NCBI RefSeq assembly: GCF_006345805.1
Contig: NC_043003.1
Span: 58,404,001 to 58,468,000 of the forward strand
Length of the DNA stretch: 64,000 bases
Reading direction: 5' to 3'
Source of the DNA: Octopus sinensis
Taxonomy: Eukaryota
Positions 45,041 to 58,326 of the stretch are shown one piece after another (the stretch's first letter is position 1; each line of letters opens with the position of its first letter). The translations under genes were made by a program, and so were the position numbers. The notes under the pieces were generated by a model that did not search any database, was not told the origin of the DNA, and saw nothing but the letters and a program-made list of their open reading frames with translations.

Positions 45041-45207
45041 GAAAGAAAGAAGTAGAGATGGTGAGAGCGTTGAGGAATTAATTTTAAAATTTCAATAAAT
45101 GTATTTAAAATTTCAAATAAATCTATAACTTTATCTTGAGAACTTGTGCAATTCTCTTCATAAATTCATTAGCGTTATTTCGCTCTGTTTCATTTCTATA
45201 TTTTCAG

Positions 45208-45309
45208 GAAAACGGCTTCACCCCATTAATAATTGCTGCCAATGAAACCAAATACATCATCGCAGAACGTCTAATCGATCTGGGAGCCAACATTAATGCG
45301 CAGGCGCAT
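45208..45309 (+). CDS. Internal coding exon (phase 0-0) encoding one ankyrin repeat, ENGFTPLIIAANETKYIIAERLIDLGANINAQAH; tentatively TRPN/NompC-like
   Basis: Pyrimidine-rich acceptor tttctatattttcAG (AG 45206-45207) and donor GTAAGT at 45310. The 102 nt form 34 open codons matching the ankyrin consensus G-x-TPL-x-x-A...LI-x-x-GA-x-IN. The G.TPL..A...K..I..R.I.LGA pattern resembles a NOMPC N-terminal repeat as recalled; not searched. Confidence 0.88.
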
Positions 45310-46629
45310 GTAAGTCGCATAATTTCTAAACATGAGACATTTGTCTTCTTGATGATTTCAATTATTTTTGTTATCGTTAAAACTGTTGTTGATGTTATTG
45401 CTATTGTTGTTTTATTATGCCGAGGCATGGCAAGGGACAGGGTCATGTCCATTCCTTTGTTTCTCTGTTCCTCTTCTTTTATTTGATTAATAGGAATAAC
45501 AGAAATTGAGTCGTACGTAAAAATACACAGACACAAGCACACAGCCTTCCTTAATTGTAGTAAAACGAATTTGACATCTTCCCCGGTAGTATTCAATACG
45601 TTTTACATAAAACAAATATAGAATTAATATTCATTTATTTATACAGTTGATCACACTACAGCCGTTTCGACGGAAGGTTTTATTAAGTATGATGTTATAT
45701 AATTTGTAATCCTGTCCACGCATCTAATCCAGAAATATGATTAAGGTACATGATCCAGGAACAGGAAGACTTATTTCAAAAAGGTCATACGAAAGCATTT
45801 GACTGAGAAAAACTAAAATATACAGAAATAGCATAAAAATTTTGGTTATATAAGATGTGATCGTGAATGGAGTTTATGGAAGAGCAAAACAGTTCTAGCT
45901 TTATGGTTCAAAGTGAGGCGAGAAAAGCAACTCCCCTTTCACATGAATTTTTATATTTCTGTTATAGTGGCTCAGAAACTGTATCAAATTCCCCCGATAA
46001 TATCTCGGATTAATACAGATTAAATTAAATAAGAGATACTATCTGTTATGTAAATATGTTGGCGAGCAGGCAGTATCGTTTGCACGCCGGGGAAAATGCC
46101 TTAGCGGCTATTTGTCCGTCTTTACGTTCTGAGTTCAAATTCCGTTGAGGTTGGCTTTGCCTTTCATCTTTTCGGGGTCGATAAATTAAGTATCAGTTGA
46201 GTACTGGGGTCGAGGCAATCAACTTACCACCTTCTTCCCCGAAATTGCTGGCCAATCAAATTTGAAATCAATGTGTATTATGCAAATGATAGTGTAAAAT
46301 AAGATAACCACATAGATACTACAACAATACAGATGTAGTAACTGTATCTTACCAAGCAAGGTGACGAAATAATATAAGTTTGATAATGGTTACAATGTAA
46401 AAAATATAGCTTAACAATACACCAATGACTTGCTAAACAAAACAGAAATGCAAAGCTGAAGGGAGATAATAAAATATAATACTATGAGGTAATAACATTT
46501 TATGGACTGGGTAAGATTGTTGTACATTTTAAGGTAGTATGCAATGAGGTTCTATGAAGCAATTGTGTTGCTGTTAATATTAAGATAAAATATATATAAC
46601 ACTATGATTATATATATATATATTATATA

Positions 46630-46676
<47 letters not shown>

Positions 46677-46699
46677 ATAATATATATATATATATATTA

Positions 46700-48440
46700 T
46701 ATATATATATATATAAAGTGAAAATTAAAATTAAAAGAAATTTTTTAAATAATATAAAGTAAAAGATTCGCAGATTATATCGTAGGAGAGAGATCTGTTC
46801 TAGACAGGAAAATACTAGCAACAATTAAGGCTAAATATAAGGTTCAAATCTACAATATGATACTTACATCAATCTCGTCCTGGGTCAGGAATGGTTTGAG
46901 CTCGTGTACGATATGCGTACGTTATGCTAGCATGTTGTCACCATGTCAGTTATTTTATTTAGAAGCAATGTGTTTGCGAAGAAGATACAACATGTTTCCT
47001 CTCTTCATAAATAACACTGTGTTCCATCGCACTGGCATACGTTGTAATTTTGTTGTGTTTTGTTGGCAATTTGAATTAATGGAATATAGTCTTGGATCAG
47101 TGTATTTTCAATTGGCTCTATATTTTCTATTTGTATTGCTTGTATTCTTACAAGGTGTATTTCTATATCTGTTTAACTTAGCAATGGTTTGAACTTTATT
47201 TGAAGTAGCTAAGTAAGAGAGTTAAGCAGTGTTGCACTAAAATGCTTTATAACGTTTATATTTTCTAGGGAAGTGTTTGTGAGATAGGGAAAAGAGAAGC
47301 CCAGAAATTGGCGTAGCCATCTCCGAGTTATGGGGCAGATTATAACATATATTTCTTGATTTACATCTGTTTCTATTGCAGGGTATATTCTTATTTATTT
47401 TCTTTGATATATGTGACATGCTACGTTAATCCATTACTTCTTTTGGGTTAGCTGTAGTGCGGAGTGAAATAATTAAACAACCGTTCGTTAACCGAAATTC
47501 TTGTTATTCTATGAAAAATATTTTTATCAGGATCTTGGTTATAGACTTAGGTTGCTTAGAGAATTTACTAATGTTAAATAACTTGTTAAATTTTCTATAA
47601 GGATACTAGATGACATTATCGAGGTTTAGGGTCACGTCTATAAACTTAGCTACACAGAGAATACATTCAAAAATTACCTTAATACCTAATTCACTGGAGA
47701 ACTTGTAGCGGTCCTTCCAAGTACTTTCTAATTTATTATATGAAAGCTGTTACTGCGGCAAGTCCATCATCTCTATATAGAATGTTTCCCACCAGCATTG
47801 AGAATCTGTCCACTTTTTTGGAGGGTGTGAACCCCAACTAAGTCCGTAACTTACACCAAATCAATTGCACCCATGCTTATATCAAAGAGAGAGTTTGGTG
47901 ATTTTTGAAAACCCATCATGAATTTTCATATTTGACAACTGCTTTCTTTGCATGAAAGATAATTTCGGTTTCATATTCTTTAATGCATATCTAATTGCAT
48001 CTTTGAAAAGGAGTTATGTAATGGATGCATAAAAAGTTTCACTATCGGGCTGTATAAACTTAGAATTACCTTATTATCTTTACCTCGGAATCACTCATTA
48101 TAATCATCATAATTCTAAGTTTATTATCTGACGTTTTCTAATATCTTCCAAATGATTCTAAATTTTCTGATATTGTTATTTTTTAATAACCAGATATGTT
48201 TTGACAAGTTTGTGTTAAAAAATCTTTCAAGATTTGTCAAAGTATACTTATGATTGGATCTTAACTTGAAAAAACTTCGTTTAACGCGAGTAATCATTAG
48301 AAACTCTATTATTAGCTGGAAAATGCTTTGCAATTGATTTAGAAAGACAAATTATTTAGTGGGCATTTTACTGGATTAAAACAAGTGCCGCCTAAGAATG
48401 TTTCCTATTAATATTTACTATTTCACTTTCAAAAATGTAT
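46700..48440 (-). mobile_element. Degenerate Penelope-like element: RT (YRDD) preceded by an endonuclease C-terminal remnant (partial tandem)
   Basis: RT motifs TFYASIT, LFDISMGA, LYRDDGLA (YRDD at 47766-47777), FIDVTLNL, PYRK and HKHFP. EN motifs CPLNN and NTNLSKHIWLLK..IIWKIL at 48120-48400. Many stops and frameshifts; ends at (TA)n. Confidence 0.8.
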
Positions 48441-49104
48441 GTGTAACTGTAATTCAATATTTTCCTAGTGACGTTTGGGGGGGGGGGAATATTTATTAAA
48501 TATATACAATTTTTAGCGCTATTTGCACGTATATTCAGATCAAACGGAGCATTATGCCACTATACCAGGACCGAGCTAGCAGAATCGATAGCGGGTCGAA
48601 CAAAATTCTCAGACATTTCTTCAGGATCATACAAATTCTGCTGAGGTCGACTTTGCCTTTTATATTTTCGGGGTCCATAAAATAGGCACCGGTTGAGCAC
48701 TGAGGTCGATGTAATTGACATATACCTTCTCGTAAAATTTTCACCTTATGCCGAAATTTAAAACCATTATTCATTATTCATTAATGATATCAATGTCATT
48801 TTTAATGATGATTCCAAATTTTGACACAAGGCTAGTAATTTCTGGGGAAGGGTAAGTCAATGACAACGACCCCAGTGCTCAACTGCTATTTATTTCATCG
48901 ACCCCGAAAGGGTGTGAGGCAAAGTCGACTTCGGTGGCATTTGAACTCAAAACGTAAAGCAGAATTATTACCGCACCGATTCTGCCAGCTCGCTGCCTTA
49001 ATGTCATTTTTAATAATAATAATCATTTCTACTATAGGCACAAGGCCTGAAATTATGGGAGGCGGGGGGCGAGATTAGTCGATTACATCGATCCCAGTTG
49101 TTAA

Positions 49105-49240
49105 CAGTACATGGAGGCTTTTAAAAGTCCAAATACACGTTAAATAAATACTGTAAATATGGTGTCCCTACTTCGCGGAAATTCAGTTATCGCGGCTGGC
49201 CTCGGAACCAATCAACCGCGATAAACGAGGGATCACTGTA
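49105..49240. mobile_element. One end of a pogo/Tigger-like MITE
   Basis: CpG-rich subterminal region ending CGAGGGATCACTG-TA. No partner TIR found. Confidence 0.45.
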
Positions 49241-50507
49241 CACCTCAATGATACCGTAACCAATCAGTCACAAGACAATGATTTCCTCTATTAGATTTAG
49301 GGTGGTGGTCCAGGATAAAGCCAGTCTGTCTATGACTTTGATTTGCTCTTTTGAACTTTAGCAAATAGAAGGAACCATAACATGCACGAATGGGTGAGAA
49401 TACTTTCCTGTAATTCACCAAGACTGCCACCAAGTTTGTCCTGGACCACCACATCTCTAAGATGACAATTTTGTTGATTAGAACTTGCTCGGCAAATCCC
49501 CAAGCTCCTTCCTTCCCAAATGCTTCTTCAACTTTATTGCTATTACTTTCACCTGTGACACTGGAGGAACAAATTCAGATTGATATACAATTTATGCATT
49601 AAATTTTGTCATGCAAATGGATGGTAGTCTTTTCGTCCTATATTTGCTTGTTAGATGAATTCGTTCCTTATTTTATTATTCTCCTTGGCACTCCATCGTC
49701 ATATATCTGTAAATAGTCAAATTTCAAAACCCATTAACAGAAGTTATAGAGAAAGAATAGAGTTACAAAACGCCAGAAAACACTACGATGAAAATATTTT
49801 TCGTGTTAATTTAAGTAACATTGCAAAGGATTAAAATATTGGAAACAAAAAAAAAAAAGCAAAAAAAAACGAATGTATCTGACGAATCAATTCGTCACTG
49901 TTTTGGAGTATCAGTTTTGTTTCTACCAACGTCAACCACCTGGGTTTATTTACATCTCCACAGACAGCTTGCTAGTAAAGATCGTTCAGACATCGATAAA
50001 AAGTTAATTTTCTGTATCAGTCTTCAACAGTGAAGTCTAATTAGTTTAGAGTGATTTTTTTTCTTTCAACTAAGGTGGCAAGCTGGCAGAATCGTTACGG
50101 CGCCGAACAAAAACGCTTTATGCTCTGAGCTCAAACACTGCCGAAGTCAACTTTTCTTTTCATACTGTCCGAGTCAAGAAAATAAAGTGCTGAGGTTGAT
50201 AGAATCAACTATCTCTCCTCTAATATTGCTGGCGTTGTGCCAGAATTAGAAAGAATTGTTTTTCTTTCAACTACTTTCTTCTAATAATGAAGTTTTCCTC
50301 TGGCGACTTCTAATTCCTGTTTAAGAGTGATCAATTTATACTCAAGAATTTTGCTTTGTTCACTCCAACATCATTGCTGTTATAATTTGTTTTTTTTTAC
50401 TTTTGTTTGCGGGAAATTGAGGTCTTTCTGTGTTTTTGTTATGTAATGATTATCACCACATGATTGAATGTCTTTCACAGATCAACGATTTTTTTGTCTT
50501 TTTGCAT

Positions 50508-50915
50508 ACTCTTTACTCTTTACTCTTTTACTTGTTTCAGTCATTTGACTGCGGCCATGCTGGAGCACCGCCTTTAGTTGAGCAAATCGACCCCAGGACT
50601 TATTCTTTGTAAGCCCAGTACTTATTCTATCGGTCTCTTTTTGCCGAACCACTAAGTGACGGGGACGTAAACACACCAGCATCGGTTGTCAAGCAATGCT
50701 AGGGGGACAAACACAGACACACAAACACACACACGCATATATATATATATACATATATACGACGGGCTTCTTTCAGTTTCCGTCTACCAAATCCACTCAC
50801 AAGGCTTTGGTCGGCCCGAGGCTATAGCAGAAGACAGTTGCCCAAGATGCCACGCAGTGGGACTGAACCCGGAACCATGTGGTTGGTTAGCAAGCTACTT
50901 ACCACACAGCCACTC
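50508..50915 (-). mobile_element. SINE family B, full length
   Basis: Colinear. Other copies lie near 3119-3957, 8657-9250, 22610-23275, 30393-30682, 51898-52282, 53575-53953 and 54000-54380. Confidence 0.85.
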
Positions 50916-51202
50916 TTTATTTTCTTTTGCTTTTGGTTACTTCCTTACTATCTCTGAAGTATTATATTGCAATCGTGGCGAGCGCATGTAAACAAGCGTA
51001 AATTTATCAAAATGAAGGGACACTACTTTATTGCAAATATTTACTCCCAATTTCGTTAATTACTTTCATCATTAAGTCAGTCTCTAATCAATGCTAACCA
51101 AATAAGATCTGTCATGTAGCGTAATAATCTCTTTGTGGAGCATTTCACGTTCCATTTGTTTATATTTTTCGCTCTTCCAGTTCATATCATCACTGCTGCT
51201 AC

Positions 51203-51628
51203 CAGGGCCGGATTAAGACCCATCGAGGCCTGAAGCACTTAAAAGATTTTGGTGCCCCCATAAAAGATTATGTAATTTAAAATATAAACTATAAAAACCC
51301 TTGAAATAAATTTCTATTTTTCAAAACGAAACAATACAGTAAGAGGGAAAATAATGTTTATTTTTGTATACTTCCACTTTATTTATATTTGAAAAGTTTC
51401 CTCCTGGTTTTTTGAATGGCAAAGTCTTTGATCAGATCCTCAAAATTAATCTTAGGTAACACATCTGCATCTATACTTGGTAGAGATAAAGGCTTCTCGA
51501 ATATTATTTTAGCATGTTTAAAGTGATTTCTTTTGTGCCGTAAACCATTTACCATTTCTGTGGTTCCCCCTCCTTCCCTTGGTGCCCTAAGCACGTGCTT
51601 ATTTTGCTTAATGGTTAATCCAGCGCTG
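51203..51628 (-). mobile_element. Non-autonomous hAT element retaining the transposase C-terminus
   Basis: TIRs CAGGGCCGGATTAA / TTAATCCAGCGCTG match 12/14. 8-bp TSD GCTGCTAC / GTTGCTAC. Minus-strand peptide SIDADVLPKINFEDLIKDFAIQKTRRK. Confidence 0.85.
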
Positions 51629-53133
51629 GTTGCTACAGTCATTGACATATTTGTGTAAACCTTCAGTTTTACTGTGAGGTCACAAAGTTATAGGCAAGGC
51701 TTTACCAAGAGCATATTCATGCAGTGTACTTCGTACACTGCTCCCACTTAATGAGATAAAATCACACTTAGCGCTTTCGGGTGTGGTATGATGAGGATTT
51801 ACATTAATCTATTATCATCATGCGTTCCACAAATATTGTTTTGTGGCATAAACGTTTCATCGCGAAATATTTTAAACACTGGCTAAAACTCTCTGTGTTA
51901 CTCTTTTACTTGTTTCAGTCATTTGACTGCGGCCATCCTGGAGCACCGCTTTTATTCTTTGGAAGCCTAGTACTTATTCTATCAGTCTCTTTTGCCGAAC
52001 TGCTAAATTACGGGGACGTAAATACACCAGCATCGGTTGTCAAGCGATGTTGGGGGGGGGGACAAACGCAGATACACAAACATATACACACACACATAAA
52101 TATATATATATGTATATATACGACGGGCTTCTTTTAGTTTCCGTCAACCAATTCCACTCACAAGGCTTTGGTCGGCCCGAGGCTATAGTAGAAGACACTT
52201 TCCCAAGGTGCCACGCAGTGGGACTGAACCCGGAGCTATGTCGTTCGTAAGCAAGTTACTTACCACACAGCAAATCCTGCGTGTGTATGTCAAAAATAAG
52301 GCCAGCAAGTTCGAGGAAGCGGGTAAGTCGATTACATCGATCCCAGTGCTCAACTGGTGCTTATTTTATCGACCCCGAAAGGATGGAAAGCAAAGTCGAC
52401 CAAGGCGGAATTTGAACTCGGAACATAAGACGAACGAAATGACACTAAACGTTTTGCCCGGAGTCCTAACGAGTCTGCCAGATCACTACCTTACACGTCA
52501 ACAATATATTACTTTGGGATCTTTGTCTGAAAAATTATTGATGGGAAAGATTCTATACATCTTTTTCTACATGCATACCTTTGTAACTCCCATCCGGCAG
52601 AATAAGTACTAGGCTTACAAAGTATAAGTACCGGGATCGATTTATTCAACTATAGGCGGTGCTCCAGCCAATGATGTTTTCAAACAGACATCATCCATGC
52701 TCTGTTGGCTGGTGGTTACAATTTTTCAGTCTTGTAGTACCAGAATGGAGACACGGAAAGGATTCTATGCTTTGATGTTATGGCCTTCATCCCTATGTCA
52801 ACCCCAACTGAACAGACCTATGTATTCATATCCAAAGTTTCCTTTCTATAAGCTATAGAATCGTTTGAAGGAACTTGACTTCTGTTTCTTGAAAACAGTT
52901 GCCCGAAGTTACACACATACATACGTGTGTGACATGGAATTAAAATTGTAACAGATTTTTCCAGTCTTTTGTTTTGATATGTGCTTACACTGCAAATAGA
53001 ATTCACCAGAAACTTCAAATATTATGTAAGCCTCATTTAATATAAAACATCTATAGATATATATTTGGTTACTGTGAGCATGCAGATGTGCTTCGAGAAG
53101 ACACTCCTTGGATTATGAACTCTTCTCTTCACA

Positions 53134-53174
<41 letters not shown>

Positions 53175-53175
53175 T

Positions 53176-53215
<40 letters not shown>

Positions 53216-53325
53216 CTTTGGACAAGTGTTTTCTACTATAGCCTCGGAAGGACCAAAGACTTGTAAGTGGATTTGGTACACGGAAACTGAAAGAAGCTCA
53301 TCGTCTGTGTGTGTGTGTGTGTGTG

Positions 53326-53365
<40 letters not shown>

Positions 53366-54143
53366 TGGTGTGTGTGTGTGTGTGGTGTGTGTGTGTAGCA
53401 CCTTCGGCAGGTGTCTTCAACTATAGCCACGGAACGACCAAAATCTTCTGAGTAGATTTGGTAGACGGAAACTGAAAAAAGTCCATCGTGTGTGTGTGTG
53501 AGTGTGAAATTAGGTTTCCAGAAGCATCACGAAAGCCAGTCGGATGGAATCTACCTGCAATTTGAGGTACTTATCTTATACCTTTTACTTGTTTCCATAA
53601 TTGGACAACGACCATACTGGAGCACCATCTTCAAGGGTTTTAGGAGGTCAAATCGACCCCAGTTCTTATTTCAAAGTCCGGCACTTATTCTGTCGACCTA
53701 TTTTACCGAAGACACGGGGACGTAAACAAACCAATACCGGTTATCAAGTGATTTGGTAAAGGACGGACACAAATACATACACATACGAGGAGCTTCCACA
53801 CAATTTCCATCCACCTAATTTACTTACAAGGCGTTGGTCGGCCTAGGAGCTATCGCAGATGAGATTTACCCAAGGTGCCGCACAGTGGGACTGAACTCGA
53901 TACCGCATGTTTACAAAGCGAGCTTCTTAACCACACAGCTATACCTGCGCCTGTTCATAGGAATTTCTTGTAGAATTTATGGCTAATTTAGTTTGTATTC
54001 TAAGAAGCTTGCTTCTTGACCACATGGTTTCTGAGTTCAGTCCCACCGCGTGGCACCTTGGGCAAGTGTCTTCTACTATAGCCTTGGGCCGACCAAAGCC
54101 TTGTGAGTAGATTTGGTAGACGGATACTGAAAGAAGCCCATCG

Positions 54144-54190
<47 letters not shown>

Positions 54191-55334
54191 GTGTCTTTGT
54201 TTGTCTTCCCAACATCACTTGACAACCGATATTGGTGTGTTTACGTCCCCGTCACTTAGCGGTTCGGTAAAAGAGGCCGGTAGAATAAGTACTAGGCTTA
54301 CAAAGAATAAGTCCTGGGGTCGATTTGTTCAACTAAAGGCGGCGCTCCAGCATGGCCGCAGTCAAACGACTGAAACGGACATCATCCATGATTTGTTGAA
54401 TGACCTCATTGGCTGGTGCTTACAGTTTCTTAGTCTTGTAGTACCAGAATGGAGACACGGAAAGGATTCTATGATTTGATGTTGTGGCCTTCATCCCCAT
54501 GTTAACCTTGGCTGATCAGACCTATGTATTCATGTCCAATATTTCATTTCTATAAGCAATAGTATCGTTTGAGGGAATTTGACTTCTGTTTCTAGCAGAC
54601 TCAAAGCCACGTGGACCCTCTCCCACTGATATCGCTTTCGTTCGTGTGTCTGTTTCCCATTTCTCTCTCATTTTTTTTTATTTCGTATTTTATTTTTATT
54701 TTCTTTATTATTAGTTTGTTTAACTAGTTCGCTCAGCCTCGTCGTGTGTAAGTAAATATTAGCAGTTAACTTTCAAATCTACCGAAGGCCAGAAGTGCAA
54801 TTAATTAAGCATGCACTATTTTCTGGTTAGCGTTATTGGACTTCACGACCGAGTATATAATTTATTGCCACAGAAAATAAGCTATAATTAATCATTCCAT
54901 AACGGTACGTTGTCAATAATATTTACCTGGAGAACAATTTCATTTTCGTTTATTTTTCTCTTATCTTTATAATCATTGGGTTTTCTTTTTTTTTTTTTTT
55001 GTTATGTTTTATATCACATTATTTTTTGTGCGGCTGTTATTTTATTTAAAAGAAATCATCAATATTATTATTAGCATTGTTGATGTTGACTCTCACGTTG
55101 TTTTCGATTTGGTTGTATTTTTTTTTTTTAGCTGCTTATATTTCCTTAAATTTTTGTGGTCATTTTTTTCGTTATTGTTATTGTTATTGTTATTGTTACA
55201 ATTACTGTATTCATTTGTTTTTCTGAGTGTGATTATGTGCGCATGCGTATATATGCATATGCGTGTATGCGCGAGTGCGTATGTGCGCATGCGTTACTGT
55301 ATATGTAAGTGTGCGAGTGTGCGTATGTGCGCAT

Positions 55335-55423
<89 letters not shown>

Positions 55424-56110
55424 CAGTGTGCGTATGTCGCATACGTGTCTGTTTATACGTGAGTATGCGAGTGTGCGTATGTACGCATGTGTATATGTTT
55501 ATGTATACGTGTGTGTGTTGCGCGCGCGCGTATGTGTGCATGTGTGACTGTGCATATGTGAGTCTGCGTACGTGTGCATCTGTATATGTGAATGTGAGAA
55601 TATGCGTATGCAAACACGCATTGTTTTGTATTATGGCTATTAATTGATTATCGATCAGCCAATCCTGCTTTGATTTCTTTTTTTATTTAAGCTAGTGCAA
55701 AAGCACAGAAAGCAAAATAAGAGAAAAGAAAGAATTATAATACAAAAGAAAAAGAAACTAGACAAATAGATAACTATAAAAAAAAAATACAAAAAGACAC
55801 AAAAGAGAACGACAAAAAAAAGGACAATATACAAAAAATATACATAGAAATGAAAATAGTTAATATTTAATAAGTTTAATGTGACAAAATGGAGAGTAAT
55901 AATGATATAAATATTTGTGTTTGCTGAGCGTATATGTGTATGTATATATTGTATGTATATACTGAATGTATGTATGTATGTATGTATGTATGTATGTATG
56001 TATGTATGTATGTATGTATGAATGAATGTATGTGTGTGTATGAATGAGTGTATGCGTGTATTTATCTCGCTAGCAGCTATATATATTTATATTATATATA
56101 TAATATATAT

Positions 56111-56178
<68 letters not shown>

Positions 56179-56319
56179 CATATATATATATATATATATA
56201 CATTTATACATACATAAATATATATAAATATATATATATATAAGCATATGACATATATGTGTGTATACATATATACAAGCACACGCTTATACACATACAC
56301 ACACACATACACACACACG

Positions 56320-56372
<53 letters not shown>

Positions 56373-57019
56373 ACGCACACAAAGAAAAAATCAAAGATTA
56401 TAGATTATGCATGCACCAGTTAAAGTTTGCTTCTGACAAAATTAAAAATCCAGGAAACAAGAAACCTTTAAGCAGGCAACGACCTGTTTCCAGTCAGGTA
56501 AATATGACGGAAAGAGAGCGTGAAACGGCTGTTGACACCAAAGTGTTTGAAAGAAGGCACAGTTTCCATCTTATTTTAACCAGCTTATACAAATTTCTGT
56601 TACGTTCATATATTTGTGTGTATTTGTGTGCATATGTGTGGCTGTGCTTTATCGAAACAGGAAAGCAAATATCTTATCTATGACTTTTAAGATAATCTGA
56701 TATTAATTTATAATATTCTGTAGTAGCTACTCGGCTATAGCTGGCTGTTATTGTTGTTGTTGTTGTTGTTATTGTTATTATTATTTAGCCCCTGGTCATG
56801 AAAGAACGAGCAGACCTATGATCAAATGCATTCCAGCTGTAAACATCCTGTCTTTTCGTGGTATGTATTTCTAGGTTTACATTATCCAATGTGTCTTTCT
56901 CTCTTGAATGACCTAGAGTATGATCAGGGAGATTTGACTGCTATTTTTAGCAAGTAGAGCGATCACGTAGAGATTATCTTGTTAATTCGTTCGTCTTGTA
57001 GTAGTAGTAGTAGTAGTAT

Positions 57020-57089
<70 letters not shown>

Positions 57090-57521
57090 TCATGGTTCAC
57101 AGCCACATAAAACGGTCTACTCGACACATGAGTAACTCTCCCGAAGAAACAGCGGTCCCAGAACTTAATCTGGTTCTAATCGCGGTACTCATTCCAAGTT
57201 TTTGCGCTTTGTCTCTAATAGGAGAAGCTCCACATTTTCTATGACGATACTTCACTCACGAAATCTGAATCCGAGTAAATTTCGAAGTGTCAGTGAAAGC
57301 TAATATTCTTACTGATTAACTTCAACGCAAACCGCCTTCTGATACTTGATAAAAAAAGGATTCGATATCAACGAAAACATGATCAATAGAAAGCGTCCAG
57401 TCCTTTCAAATATACCAACAACCATTTCAAATATTTCATTTAAAATTCATATGGTGAGTACTGTTGGCTGTACACGAAACCTCAATCTATAATGAAATAA
57501 CTCTCTTTATCAGCATACAAC

Positions 57522-57574
<53 letters not shown>

Positions 57575-57576
<2 letters not shown>

Positions 57577-57800
57577 GGAGTAACACATAATGTGAAACAA
57601 GGTGGAAAAAGAGTACTCAAAAACCAGTGGTAGAGTAATATGCTTTTATTTAAAGCAGCAGAAAATTCAACCAAACCTGTTGCTCTGAGTTTCCCGTTGC
57701 CGTTCATCGGACAGTTTTTGCTAGAATCTGTCCGATGAACGGCAACGGGAAACTCAGAGTAACATGTTTTGTTGAATTTTCTGCTGCTTTAAATAAAGTA
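57575..57800. mobile_element. Inverted pair of PLE pLTR-like modules, each with a hammerhead-like motif (57677-57714 -, 57728-57765 +)
   Basis: Near-perfect inverted repeat of about 75 bp with a 13-nt spacer. Consensus CUGU-CCGAUGA-ACG GCAA CGG-GAAA-CUC A GAG-UA-ACAG. AATAAA lies downstream in both arms and (TA)n flanks both sides. Confidence 0.65.
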
Positions 57801-57845
57801 TATATATATATATATATCTATATATATATATATATAATATAATAT

Positions 57846-57906
<61 letters not shown>

Positions 57907-58286
57907 TGTATGTATGTATGTATATATGTATGCATGTATTATGCATGTATGTATATATAATAATATATGTGTGTGTGTGTCGTTTTTATATTTAGTATGC
58001 AAGATTCTTTATGTGAATTGGTGTGTTGAAGTATGTTTTATTGTGTCTGGGGGAAACTCATTCTCTTTTAGTGCCTTATTAATTTAACACACTCACCGAT
58101 TTCCACTCATTTACTTATTTCTTTTTACTAAAATTTTCGTTTCGACTTACAGACTATTGAAAAAAGGCTGCAAATCGCAGCGAAAATTTTTAGTAAAATT
58201 AAATAAATAAATGAGAGAAAATCGGTGAGTGTGTTAAATTTAAAGGACTAAAAGAGAATAACTTTCCCCAGATACCATCATATATA

Positions 58287-58324
<38 letters not shown>

Positions 58325-58326
<2 letters not shown>

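Noticed and set aside
54713-54752. Possible microexon ending at GTAAGTA
   Set aside because: Candidate acceptors give 11 or 20 nt, or an in-frame stop, which is incompatible with the phase-0 ankyrin exon.
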